Shown here: piece after piece, positions 45,146 to 59,404 of the stretch
Position numbering within the stretch: position 1 is the stretch's first letter
Layout of the letters: every line of letters begins with the position of its first letter
From: Octopus vulgaris
Taxonomy: Eukaryota
Direction of reading: 5' to 3'
DNA length: 64,000 nt
Assembly (NCBI GenBank): GCA_951406725.2
Contig: OX597817.1
Coordinates: forward strand, 55,676,001-55,740,000
Translations under genes and position numbers: made by a program
The notes under the pieces: model-generated
What the model was told of the DNA's origin: nothing
The model's database searches: none
Seen by the model: only the letters and a program-made list of their open reading frames with translations

Positions 45146-45487
45146 TAATAGTAAGTACGATGATGATAGAAGAGAAATGAAAATAGTCATCCCTGGTAAA
45201 TGTTTGGGGTTTAGGCAGAAGGCAAGCAATGTTGCAGAGAGGGAATTTAGCGGTTATGAACCACCTCCACACACGACATTTCTCATATCAAATCTCTTCT
45301 TAGACACATATATATCCGAAATCAACTTGAATATTTCACTGGTACTTTATTTTAATGACCCCCACCTGGAGAGGAAATTGGCCATCGGAAGTTTGGAACG
45401 CAAATTGTACGGGGCTGAAAGAAAACCACGAATCAATTTGTCCAATGCACTAAGGATTCCACTAGCTTGCAGCCTTAAATGATAATG

Positions 45488-45540
<53 letters not shown>
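43906..45540. repeat. Compound trinucleotide microsatellite domain (GAC, GAT, GAA, CAT, TAG, GAG, AAT)
   Basis: Direct inspection. Confidence 0.93.
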
Positions 45541-45541
<1 letters not shown>

Positions 45542-46095
45542 GCCCTGATGCAGTACCAGGCAGTGGCTCTCATGGCTTCTGATCTTAACTGATTGGAAGT
45601 GTTATCATGTACATTGTTTTGTCTTGGTATAAAAGATGGGCTACAGCAAATATTCTGCTCAATACCACAGATTTGCTTGTCAGTTGTTTGACCTTAACCA
45701 GTTGAGCATGTCTCTTAGTGGCTGACGATATGTGCATCTCTGATCACGAGCAGAAGTATTGGGGGAGTATCATAGCCATGTGTTGAGAGGGATTCTTTGG
45801 GGTTTGAATAGTTCACCTCTGGAAACATGGGTGGTTCTTTCAACATCCTTAAACAACCCTTATTCAGGGACCGTTTGAGCGGGATGGGCTACTCAACCTG
45901 AAGAAAATTCTAACTGGGCCCCACCTGCAAGGTCATGTGCTGTTTATCTTGATATGAGATCACCATGTCGCGCACATATGGTTGTGATGCATGTGCCTGG
46001 TGTACCTTTATCAGACGGGTAGTCATGATGGGTATATTGGGCTTCGTATATTTTACCCCAGTGTCACTTTGATGGCATGAACTGCTCTCTCACTC
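45541..46095. mobile_element. 555-bp non-coding interspersed element in (AAT)n, copy 2
   Basis: Same termini TGCCCTGATGCAGTACC...CTCTCACTC as copy 1; (AAT)n flanks. Confidence 0.85.
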
Positions 46096-46115
46096 AATAA
46101 TAATAATAATAATAA

Positions 46116-46375
46116 CCAGGCTTACCATACCTACAGGTAGTGCAAAAACATCGTATTAACTGGAACGGCTTATGTACTGAGAAGAGCATTATCGCTGTGA
46201 AAATAACATCCATTCATGAATTTATTTATTTATTAATTTTTTAAATACATATTTTACCTGTGAATTTGCGTGTGTAATCTGGGAATGCATACAATGAGCT
46301 CCTCTGTCCTAGGTGTATGGAAAACACTCGGCGAGAAATGGAAAAAAATTTGAAGAAAGAAGGAATAATAATAAT
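46116..46375 (+). mobile_element. 3' end of R4/Dong-like (restriction-like endonuclease) non-LTR retrotransposon
   Basis: PGLPYLQVVQK(frameshift)IVLTGTAYVLRRALSL* (stop ends at 46200) resembles the QKxVLLGTAxILRxVL C-terminus of R4-clade ORFs. About 160 bp of 3' UTR follows; (AAT)n on both sides. Confidence 0.65.
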
Positions 46376-46528
46376 GATAATTAGAAGAAGAAGAAGAAGA
46401 AGAAGAAGAAGAAGAAGAAGAAGAAGAAGAAGAAGGAGGAGGAGGAGAAGAAGAAGAAGAAGAAGAAGAAGAAGAAGAAGAAGAAGAAGAAGAAGAAGAA
46501 GAAGAAGAAGAAGAAGAAGAAGAATATT

Positions 46529-46867
46529 GGACTGAGGTAATTCTTTCAGAAGTTATAGAGAAATAAACAGAAGAATGCCATAGTTATCATGTGAAATTGG
46601 CTGAACGATATTTCGGCATCTAGTGTGCCTTCCGCAGATTCAAAAATTACATGTCAGTCTACATTTTTTCTGTAACTTCTGGAGGTGATACCTCAGTCCT
46701 ATATACTCTTAACACAAAAACAAAAACAATGAAGTAGACTGACATGTAGTTTTTGAACTCATGGAAGGCAACATAGATGCCGAAGTATCGTTCAACCAAT
46801 TTCACAAGACAACTATGGCACTCTTCTATTTATTTCTCTATAACTTCTGGAGGGCTTACCTCAGTCC
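46529..46867. repeat. Foldback: ~134-bp imperfect inverted arms
   Basis: 46529-46662 is the diverged reverse complement of 46734-46867. Confidence 0.88.
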
Positions 46868-46912
46868 TGTATAATCTTAACAAAAAAAAAAAAATTAAAA
46901 GTAGATTGACAT

Positions 46913-47181
46913 ATGGGTGGATCGTTCAACACCCTTAAACAACCTTTATTCAGGGATCTTTTGAGTGGGATGGGCTACTCGACCAGAAGAAAATTCTAAC
47001 TGGGCCCCACCTGCAAGATCATGTACTGTTTATCTTGATATGAGATCATTATGTCGCGCACATATGATTGTGATGCATGTACCTGGTGTGCCCGTATCAG
47101 ACGGGTAGTCATGATGGGTATACTAGGCTTCGTATAGTTTACTTGTGTGTCACTTTGATGGCATGCACTGCTCTCTCACTC
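46913..47181. mobile_element. Right-half copy of the 555-bp element
   Basis: Matches the last ~270 bp of the element and ends at the same CTCTCACTC terminus. Confidence 0.85.
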
Positions 47182-47484
47182 AGTACTAATTGAAATAGTA
47201 TAATACAAATAGTAATGCCTAATCTCTGGTTATTGTAGAAGACAACTGTGAAAGGATCATTTTAGTTTTTACCATCCGGTTCAGTTCATGCACTTTATTA
47301 CATTGACCCTGAAAGAATAAATGGCAAAGCCGACTGGTTTTGGTCTAAGAATATAAGCAGCCGCAGGGATTACCTCGAAGTACTTCTTTGGACGATCTTC
47401 CTGTCTGTCAGTTTCCCGCTTTGCATTATCTTTTCTAACGGAGGTAGATATCCAGAAATTTTAAGTGGACGGTATTTATTGATA

Positions 47485-47886
47485 CGGCGGTGAGCGCGCC
47501 GGGCGAAACGCTTAGCGGTATTTCGTCTGCTGCTACATTCTGAGTTCAAATTCTGCCGAGGTCGACTTTGCCTTTCCTCCTTTCGGGGTCGATTAAATGA
47601 GTACCAGTTACGCACTGGAGTCGATGAAATCGATTTAATCTGTTTGTCTGTCCTTGTTTGTCCCCTCTGTGTTTAGCCCCTTGTGGGTAATAAATAAATA
47701 GGTATTTCGTCTGCCGCTACATTCTGAGTTCAAATTCTGCCGAGGTCGACTTTGCCTTTCCTCCTTTCGGGGTCGATTAAATGAGTACCAGTTACGCACT
47801 GGAGTCGATGAAATCGATTTAATCTGTTTGTCTGTCCTTGTTTGTCCCCTCTGTGTTTAGCCCCTTGTGGCTAGTAAAGAAATAGG
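47485..47886 (+). mobile_element. SINE family 1 with tandemly duplicated body
   Basis: The unit GTATTTCGTCTG...AAATAG occurs twice with shared private variants; TSD GGTATTTATTGATA. Confidence 0.92.
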
Positions 47887-48919
47887 TATTTATTGATATT
47901 ATACTCTGCAGTATATGATTTGTACTTCGATATTTGGCAAGCTGGAATTAGGAGAGTCATAGAAAACCTTAGCAGATATGAATTGAGACGGCAAAGGTGT
48001 GGAGAATGGTTGAATCAATAATGAACAATTACACCATATACAATATGAAGAAAGGGCCAAATAATACACACAAAAGAGACGATTCTGAAAAGTTATTTAT
48101 ATATCCATTAGGATATTTCAAGGAGTTTCAATCTTTATTTCCCTTCCGATTGCGCTATAAAGGTTCCCCAGTGTGTTGAATTAGTTTGAACTAGAACGTA
48201 AATATTTTCGACGGAAATGGAAAAAAAAGAAGAAACAAACAAACAATTGTGTGCGTGCGTGTCCTCAAGTTGTACGCTACAGAAGATAAACAACTAGAAA
48301 CGCTTCTCATAAGAGATCACAGATTGGTTCTAGAAATTAATATGCTCCTCGGGTGTCCTTGAAAAGAGAAAAATAGCTAGGAACGATAATGGCATGATAG
48401 GTAAGAAAAACAAAACTGAGTTAAGACAAATTAACAAAAAAGACAAAAGAATTATTAGGAACAAATCGAGAAGACAGTGTGCAACACACCATACAATTAG
48501 AGACAATTAACAGGCCTGACGCAAGTAAACAACTATTATGAAGTAGCCACAGTTGGACGAGGGAAATCTCTCTGATTTCTACAATTGGTTCCAGAGCAAA
48601 AACATAAACAATAACGCACAAGAGGTTCTCTGCTTCATAGGAAAACAATAAATATGAAGCAGAGGTTGAAATTTCAGACCAATTCACGCGAGCAATTCCA
48701 GTCGGTCTGATCGACCTTTCAGTAAGTTCACTGAAGCGGAGCGATTATTTCTCCATTCGCTTCGAGTGGAAGTTTAAGAATTTGGTAAAAGCTTAACTGA
48801 AGCTAATTTCTGTTGTTTCAATGTGTTCGCGCTTAAAATTTATGCGATAGCCACATAATGAGAGGAGGACAGCTATATCTTCGGAAGCCGAGAAAAGAAG
48901 GGGCAGAAACGGAGAGAAC

Positions 48920-50420
<1,501 letters not shown>

Positions 50421-51015
50421 CCAAGAACAACATTAATGATGATCACCATTATAATTCCCATCACAAACATATTCATGCAGGGCTTGGGTTCTCAGGAGCG
50501 CCAGAAAAACGACATTACAATGGCGGTATATTTGAGGGGGATGGGAGAGGAGTGGGTTGAGGAGCAAATGATTTTGCAGAAGTGGTAGTTAGAGGAGATA
50601 TTAGCTTGTTCACATTGGCAGGCAGTTGTCAGAGATGCTGAGAGATAAATCAAAATAAAGTAATATAAATGGAGGCTGATTACTGGATACAAGATACAAA
50701 TGTGCAAGGTTGAAATTAATTATAATTTTCGAGGTGGGAATATTTTTTAGGATTATGAAATTAGGGTGGTGAGGAGGATGTAACATGTGTCTATATGTGT
50801 ATTTCAGCTTGTGGGTATGTATGTTTGTGCATGTACGTGTGCATGTGCACAGCTGTGTGTATGTCTATATTGCACTTGGACCACAGTAATTAAATAAAGC
50901 GACAACATAACACGTAAAAGATATGTATATATATGTATATATATATATATACACACATTAAAAGGATTTAGATAATCCCACCAGTTAGATATGTTTCGAC
51001 CAAAGATTGGCCCAG

Positions 51016-51052
<37 letters not shown>

Positions 51053-51137
51053 GCATGCATTAACTTTTAACTTTTGTATTCATTTATATATGCGCAAGCA
51101 CACACATATATATGTATGTATCTAAGTGTGTGTATAG

Positions 51138-51177
<40 letters not shown>

Positions 51178-51179
<2 letters not shown>

Positions 51180-52251
51180 CGGGAAGCTTTATGAAAATAA
51201 ACAAAAGACGAAGGCAGGTGGAAAACAAACGAACAATTGTATTAGTATGGCGCTCAGGAAATATAAATAAAACAAGTCTTTAACGTTTCGAGCCTACGCT
51301 CTTCAACAGAAAGATACACAGAGAGAGAAAAACACAGAAAGAAGGAGAGAAAAAAAATGCGTGCAGTAGCTAACGAATCAACATGGCGATCTGATTTCGG
51401 CCAGAGGTCAAAGATCAAACATGAGACGCGAGAGCGAAATAAGGGGAGATAATAGGGTTGATAAAGGGGTTGAGGGACCAGCTAAAAGTGCGTGGGAGGG
51501 GTCTGGATGTGTGTATGTATAGGTTTGGTGTATGTATTAGTATGTATAAGGGTGTGTGTGTGTGTGTGTATGAGAGAGTATTAGTGCGTAAGATTGGTCT
51601 GGACGTGCGTATGTATGGGGTTGGTGTATGTATTAGTATGTATTAGTATGTATTAGTACGTATTGGTATGTATAGGTGTGTGTGTGTGTGTGTGAGAGAG
51701 TATAAGTGCGTATGCGGGGTCTGGACGTGTGTATGTATAGGGTTGGTGTAAGTATTAGTATGTACTGGTATGTATTAGTACGTATTAGTATGTATTAGTT
51801 GGTGTGTGTATTAGTATGGCACATCATATGTGATGTGATGTGTAAAGTCATGTGGTGTAGTGAGGAGAAGAGGGGGAGGGGGAGAAGAGGGGGAGAGAAG
51901 GCGAGGGGAAGAAGAGGGTGAGGAGAAGGGGGAAGAGGAGAGGGTGAGGAGAAGGGGGAAGAGGAGAGGATGGGGGAGAAGGAAGGGGAGGAGGGGGTGA
52001 AGGAGGAAAGAGGGAGAGGGGGAGAGAGGGAGTGAGGGAGCAGAGGGAAGGGGAAGAGGGAGGGAGAAAGAGGGAAGAAGGGAAGGGGAGTAGGGGTGAA
52101 AGGATGAAGGACTGAAGAAGTAGGGGTCGGGGGAGAAAGGATAGGTGAGGAGGGGGGAGAGGGGGGTTAGATGAGGAGGGGGGGAGAGTTGAGACCAAAT
52201 GGCGTATAAGAGCGAAGAGAGAAGATTAATTCCTGTTCACGGCGCAAACGG

Positions 52252-52254
<3 letters not shown>
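51178..52254 (-). mobile_element. Non-coding Penelope/retrozyme-like element with a hammerhead-like motif
   Basis: Lies between (TA)n tracts with direct terminal AACGGGAA repeats; motif at 51276-51314; internal ~100-120-bp minisatellite (51495-51815) and a purine tract. Confidence 0.5.
51860..52190 (+). repeat. ~330-bp G-rich polypurine tract
   Basis: Almost exclusively G/A, with many runs of 3 or more G. Confidence 0.9.
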
Positions 52255-52291
<37 letters not shown>

Positions 52292-52322
52292 TTTATATGT
52301 GTGTGTATATATCTATATTTCT

Positions 52323-52361
<39 letters not shown>

Positions 52362-52476
52362 CATACATACATATGTATATATACATATAAATATATATTT
52401 ATGGTATATATATATATCATAAATAATACATATATATATTTATATGTATATATATACATACGTATGTATCTATGTA

Positions 52477-52514
<38 letters not shown>

Positions 52515-52983
52515 TATATATATAATTGACTACCGGTGACCCGTTGGGTCACGGGGAAACTCTGAGTTTCCCAGCAACAAAGTATTGTTTTGTGGGTTGG
52601 AAATATTTAGCTACTATTTCTTGCATGCCCTGCCACCATGTAACAGGTATTTCGAGTCCTTTATCGCAAATATCTGTTACGTTGTCGCAGGGTGTGCTAG
52701 AAATCTTTGGACGGGAGATACGTTGAATGCACTCGAAAAATCTATTTCCCACTGTGGTTACGAACGGGTCTTTTACGAAATATCTACCGTATTTTTAAAG
52801 TCATTTGCAATGTAGAATAATTTTTAAATATGCCAAAAAAATTGTTTGTAATGGTATTCTCTTGAAAATAATTTGAAAAGCATTAAAATATTGCCTGTCT
52901 AAAGAAAGCTAAAATATACATTCCACTGCGTGACACCTTGGGCATGTGTATTCTGCTATAGCCTATAGATCGATCGATCGATC

Positions 52984-53066
<83 letters not shown>

Positions 53067-53625
53067 GGATGGGTGGATGGATGGATAGATGGAAGGATAA
53101 GATCCTTATTCCAGTATCTGGCTACGAGTTTCCCATGTGTAGAACTACCTCAAACGTATTTTTCTCATTTTTCTTTGATGACTACTGAGAGTAAAAACCG
53201 GTTGGTATGTAATATTAAAAATTTGATACATCTAAATCCAAACGCTATACCGGCATTTCGTATTTTAATATTTCTATATAGATTAAAATTGTTTTATTGT
53301 ACATTTGAGCTATGTAGATACCGGCAAGAGCTTAATCGTATCACATACTTTCATATAAAGAGAGGGAGAGAGAGGGGAATCAAATGTCAAACATGAGAAC
53401 AGATCAAAAGTCCATGTTTACCTGGCTCTCTTTTTCATCCTTTTCGTCTTCCCATTCCATTTTTTCTGGGACTTTTCTCTACTCCCTAAGGAACAACTGT
53501 TTATTTTTACTCTCTCAATTCTTCTTTGAGCGTCGAACAAATATTATTAACGGTCAGCATCTCATCTGCTTTTATTCTCCTTTGATTTTTGTCATTGATA
53601 TTAACAATTTATGTATTTTTGTAAG

Positions 53626-53666
<41 letters not shown>

Positions 53667-54037
53667 TTGTGTGTGTGTGTACATATATTCCTCTTGGTGT
53701 CAGTGGGAATGTGTGCAAATCTAAGTGTCTGCTACCCCCCACCCCCCCCCATTTGACAGCTGATATGGGTTTGCTAACGCCCTGCAACATGGTTATTTGG
53801 TAAACGTTCGATAATCTGGTTTATTTGCTCGACTAGATCTACAAGTTGGTGCCCCAATACGGCCGCTGTTCCTCCTCGTCTGAAACGATTAAAAGAGTCT
53901 AACTGTATGAATAGGCTCTAAGTGCTTTTGAAGAAGCACATTTTGGTTAGATAAGTTAGATAATGAAATAAGACCAGGATGCCAACCCTTTAATGTAACA
54001 GACTTACTTTACTGTATTTTACGGAGAACATTTGTAC

Positions 54038-54467
54038 CATCATCATCATCATCATGGCTCGGCTTCGCGAACGAAGATCAGGAAAGCTGTCCACGTCCCG
54101 TGCATGCACGCTCATGACTGACAAGTCCGATGTGGGAAAGGCAGGTCTGTGAGCAGTGTCCACAGACGAAGGTTACATCCGGTGTGGTGTCAGAGGCGGC
54201 TCGCGCCTTTCTCCCGCGTCTCTTCTTTGTTCCTCAAACTTGCTGACTGCGTTGAAGATTGTGTGGCGCCAGACATCACGGTCCGCCGCCAGGTCTGACC
54301 AGCATTGGTGGTTAATATGACATACTGTTAGAGACTTCTTGAGGCAGTCTTTGTAGCGCTTCCTCAGAGCTCCTCTCACTTGGTGGCCGGTGGAGAGTTC
54401 GCCAAACAAGGCAATCTTAGGAAGGCGATTGTTCTCCATTCTGGAGACATGCCCTGCCCATCGGAAC
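54038..54467 (-). mobile_element. 3' fragment of RTE-clade LINE
   Basis: RWAGHVSRMENNRLPKIALFGEL...RKRYKDCLKKSL...DRDVWR, followed by a C-terminal zinc-finger-like CGHC...IGLVSHERAC, a short 3' UTR and an (ATG)n tail. Confidence 0.9.
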
Positions 54468-55122
54468 AAGTTCATGACAAATTGGTCAACTTTTTGGAAA
54501 ACCAGTAGTTTGGGTCCTTTTAACAATTATGTTTTCAAAACATGTTACAATTATCTTAAGATCTGACGGTTTACTTTTAAAGATCCGCTGACCTCTATCC
54601 GACGAGTGATGAATAGCTCTAAGAAGAACGTCAATCTATCACAAGTAAATATTCTCAGACATTCTGGCACGTATTCTTGGCAGCTAGGTAAACCAAGCAA
54701 TACAGAATGAACCATGCTGTTTAAATTAGCAACAAATGCGATTTTAATAGATTCAGATTCTACACCGTCCATGAGAAAGAGTAATAAGCACAATGCTATG
54801 GTCGTGGCCTAAATACCTAACTTTTGGTGTTTTAGATGGTGGAATATTAAAATAAAAGATCTCAGAGAAACGCCATTCTTTGCTCGAGGCAGTTAGTGAT
54901 TGTGAAATATAGCTTTAATAACTGTCAGCTATTTTATTCCTTTGCATCAGTGAACGTCAATTTCTCCCTCTTAATCAAATTATCTCCAAACCAGTGAAGA
55001 GATGTGCATTTAAAACTTTCAGTCGGCTTCACCTTCAGAATATCGCACTATCCCTCCACCACCAATAATGCCAAACGCTATATGCGCGCTCACACACGCT
55101 CACACAGACATATACACATGTG

Positions 55123-55153
<31 letters not shown>

Positions 55154-55580
55154 GCGCACATGCAATCTTTACCAAACATGCTATTATGAATGAGATACAT
55201 TCGCCTTAGAGGATTATTTCTCATAACCACGTAGAGCACAATTGCCATATACATTGATAACTAAAAGACACAGACGGTTTCTTTATGAAATCATATTACC
55301 TGTATGAAGTCATAGCAGCTAAATCTCTCCGAAACCATATCCACCATCTTAAACGTGGAAGGACATATTGGATAATTATATTCCAGATTAACTTGAGGCG
55401 GGATGGTGAGGGACGGCGTATTTTTGATCTTAAGTCCACATTATAAGTTTTGAGCCATGGTTAGATAACGGTAACAATAACTACACGAACAAGATCAGTG
55501 TCAGCACGTGATATTTCTGAGTGGACTAACAAATAGTAACCATTAGCTTTATATCTGAGTAAGAGTAAAAGACTCCTATG

Positions 55581-55802
55581 CAGTTATCCTTCGTCTATGG
55601 CGGACGTTACGTTCTAAAAAAACCTGCGATACGTGAAAATCTGCAAAGTAGAAACAGTACTGTACTGTATAGTTTCTTTCTTAGTATGTTTATAACTTGT
55701 ATATATATTTTTTATTATAAATGCAAAACAACACCACGGAGGAATCGACGTAAGGTTAAATAATAAACCGCAACAGGTGAACCGCGATATGGCAAGGGAT
55801 TA

Positions 55803-55805
<3 letters not shown>
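55581..55805. mobile_element. Tigger/pogo-like MITE, copy 3
   Basis: Colinear with copy 1; right TIR GGCAAGGGATTACTG followed by TA. Confidence 0.83.
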
Positions 55806-55844
<39 letters not shown>

Positions 55845-55851
55845 GTATATA

Positions 55852-55992
55852 CAGTAATCTCTCGACTATCGCAGGTGTTACGTTCTAAAATCTCCCACGA
55901 TAGGTGAAAATCCGCGAAGTAGAAACAGTACTTTAGTGTATATAGTTCTTTTTTTTTTTTTTTTTGGCTTTATGATTTTTATAATTTGTATA
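55852..55992. mobile_element. Tigger/pogo-like MITE, copy 4 (left half)
   Basis: Left TIR CAGTAATCTCTCGACTATCGC; the match stops before a SINE head. Confidence 0.8.
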
Positions 55993-56107
55993 TGTCTATT
56001 TTGTGAAGACGCATGGATTAGTAGTTAGAGCGTCGATCTTACGACTGTGAGGTTGTGAGTTCGAATCCCTGACTGGACAGCGAGTGTGTGCGCATGTGTG
56101 TGTGCAT

Positions 56108-56326
56108 ATCTTGTTTAATAAATACAATATATGTTTTTTATGTGCTACTATTAGTTTTATGTGCTGAGAACATACCAAAACAGTGTCTTATAACACGTTT
56201 GGCATGCTCCCAGCACAGGAAACTAGTAGTACCGCAAAAACATATTTTGTGTTTATTAAATAGTATATGTCTCCCTCCAGATGGAATAGATTTCTAGTTG
56301 ATCTTACCATCATGAAACAGTACACT
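56108..56326. repeat. Imperfect palindrome of a repeat also present at ~29200-29330
   Basis: Arms of ~70 bp centred near 56186; the reverse complement of 56195-56326 aligns with 29200-29330. Confidence 0.72.
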
Positions 56327-57452
56327 ATATGTGTATGCCAGTGTGTGTATGTGCGTTTGTGTGCGTGTGCACGTGTATGTATGTGTGTACATATATGTGT
56401 GTACATATATGAATGTGTGTATATGCGTACATATAAGTGTAGTGCATATGAGCGTATGTGTGTGTGTGTGTCGTTTTGTTATTTGAAATCTCTTTGAGGT
56501 AAAAACTGTCCTATATTATTAAGTAGAATAAATAACGCGAGGATGGCAGTGTACATATTGTCGTAATAGATAGATTCTATAATGAATACAGCTAAGTTAT
56601 CTCAGAACCGGGTAATTATTTTATAGAGGGGGCTGTCGATATGAGAGTATTGTAGATAAACATATATATTATACCAAAGCAGTTTGGAAGTTCTTTAAAG
56701 AATGGATAAATATTTTAAATGGGAAGCGAACGTTTCGTTATAAAATTTATTAGCTATCATCGTGAATTCATTGAAGGTGTATACGAAACAGGAATGAAAA
56801 ACAAACATTTGTTTAAAGAAAGAACGCGAAAGATATTTATTTACCTCATATAAAGAATGTTTGGTAAATATTTTTGAAACACATTGCATTAAAAAAATAA
56901 AGAAACGGCATTAATTATTGGGGAAAGAACATCAAATACAATATTCATAAATAAAAAAGAAGTCAATGGTTTGTATTTAAATGGCGACCAACTAAAATAC
57001 TAAAATTAATATCCGCTAAGTAAAAGGAATAATTATTATTTGAAAATATTTTCATATTATCTTTCAATTTTCTTATATTTCCTTCAACACAATCGCACCG
57101 TTCTTTGATACAACATTTTCCAAACACTTATCGACTATCTGTGTTTCTTACAAAATCATTTTATGTATGTGAGCTTGTGTCTTTACGTGTCTGTATGTGA
57201 ATGTGTACGTTTTGTTTTCTCAAACGTGTGCTCAGCGTGTTATTCCATGAATAATCTGCCATGAAACGCAGCTGTTTTGATAAACATCCTACTTCGTTCA
57301 TGACGCAATACCATTAGTTTTAAGTGTAAATTAATTACAATGGAACGACAGAGAGAAAAAATAAGACAGAATTCGGTTTTGAGATTAGATTACTGGGTTT
57401 TTTGCTGGCGGGCAAGGAAAATAAATATGCTGTTTAAACACTTCATATACAC

Positions 57453-57513
<61 letters not shown>

Positions 57514-57724
57514 CATGTGTTGTGCTACATTTCCCATTCTTTAAGGAGAGGATATCAAAAATAAACACGGTGTATCATATATAAAGAATTCTATTTCTTT
57601 TCTCTTGAAGAGTTGTAGAAAGATGGTTTTGATATCAATTGAATATACTTATGTTTTTTTTTCTCGGTTGGCAAGACAGAACGAGTAATAAATCGATTAG
57701 AATAAATGTGTTACTGGCTTTTCA

Positions 57725-57788
<64 letters not shown>

Positions 57789-57790
57789 TA

Positions 57791-57826
<36 letters not shown>

Positions 57827-57833
57827 TATATAA

Positions 57834-57909
<76 letters not shown>

Positions 57910-58067
57910 TATGTATGTATGTGTGTAAGTATGTATATATATATATATGTATGTATATATTCCGGGTTCAATTCCGCAGCTGATCATTGTTGCCTGATCA
58001 GATTTTTTTTTAATATTTATCAATCAAAACACTGTCATAATCATGCAGCTATCCTCTCCAGGAGTGA

Positions 58068-58372
58068 AGGTCCGTAGCTTAGTGCTTAGTATACACAGCA
58101 GCTGACGATCGCGTGGTCGTGAGTTCACTTCTCGGCTAGGCGTTGCGTTCTTGAGAGGCGCACTATATTTCACGTTGCACCAGTTCACTCAACTGGCAAA
58201 AACTAAATTACTCCTGTAGGTCGAAAGGGGCCAACCATGTCTCATTCTGTGCTCACATTGAATCTCCCTGAGAACTACGTTAAGGGCACACTTGTCTGAG
58301 GTGTGCTCAGCCACTTGCACGTCAATTTCATGAGCAGACCGGGTTATTTATGATCGTAACCGACGAAATGCT
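58068..58372 (+). mobile_element. SINE family 3, diverged copy
   Basis: Colinear with 27943-28262 (e.g. GAGAACTACGTTAAGGG, TGCTCAGCCA). Confidence 0.82.
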
Positions 58373-58479
58373 AGTTACCCTCAACAAGCTGTCGCCTGTG
58401 TGTAGTGAAGAGAACTGCAGAGAAGACAGAGTTTCTCTAATAATAAGTTTATATTAGTTTCTGGAATCGATTCTAAATA

Positions 58480-59043
58480 CACAGACATGCAGGAAGTAAA
58501 TAGACACCTTTAATTTTCAAAATTTCTAATCTAAGCGTCTTAATATCCTATCAGCGGTGTAAAGTTTACAATGTAATTATTCTTTTACATTCCCGGTGCC
58601 ATTATGTTAAACATTTGCAAAGTGTAACCATGCCGCGCACAAAAAATTTAGCAGAAGTGTCAGATTTTAAACGAGATTGTATTGTTGGGCGATCTGAGGC
58701 TGATCTTGGCCACCGAAAAATTTCCGAAAATCTTCAGATTCCTCTTGCTTCTTTTAATAGAATTAAAAAGCCAAGAAAAAGAATCATTCTCATCCGGGTC
58801 GACCTGGGCCCTCGGAAAAGAATCTTCGCTGTTTGAAAAGAATTGTGAAAAACGAACTCCGTTCGAAAGCTTCAGACATTGCAAAACAGCTAGAAGTTAG
58901 TCCAAGAACGTGTGTTACTTATCTGCATAAGCTTGGGTATTATGGACGAGCAGCTAGAAGAAAACCTCTCCTTCAACCAATTAATATCAAATAAAAGATT
59001 TTGAAAATAAAAAAAGTGTCTATTTACTTCCTGCGTGTATGTG
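58480..59043 (+). mobile_element. Internally deleted Tc1-like element with both TIRs
   Basis: 28-bp TIRs (CACAGACATGCAGGAAGTAAATAGACAC at 58480; complement at 59016-59043, 2 mismatches) with TA on both sides. Broken transposase N-terminus MPRTKNLAEVSDFKRDCIVGRSEA...YLHKLGYYGRAARRKPLL; DDE domain absent. Confidence 0.88.
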
Positions 59044-59404
59044 TATATTGAGAAATGGAACAGTGTGTGTACGTCGTATGGTTTTGATATCTGAAATGTC
59101 TCTAAAGCGAGTCTAATGGAAGTGCATTGGTGTATTCATGCGTTTATTGTTGAAAATGTAGTTGCATAGTTAATTGTGAAGATATTCTAGTTGCAAACAT
59201 GTCGATCCGGTTTCAATCACTCTGTGTGGTACGTTGCGAAAATGCCCTCGGTCAATTATTCGAATCTACTTTGGTGGGAAATATGCAAACTAAACTTGTG
59301 CAGTGCCTCTTTAAAGGGATTCGGTCTTATCTTGTTAACTTGTTTTTGTGTGTGCAGGTACGGTTTCACACATTCACATATGAAAGTATCGTGTGTATAT
59401 ATAT

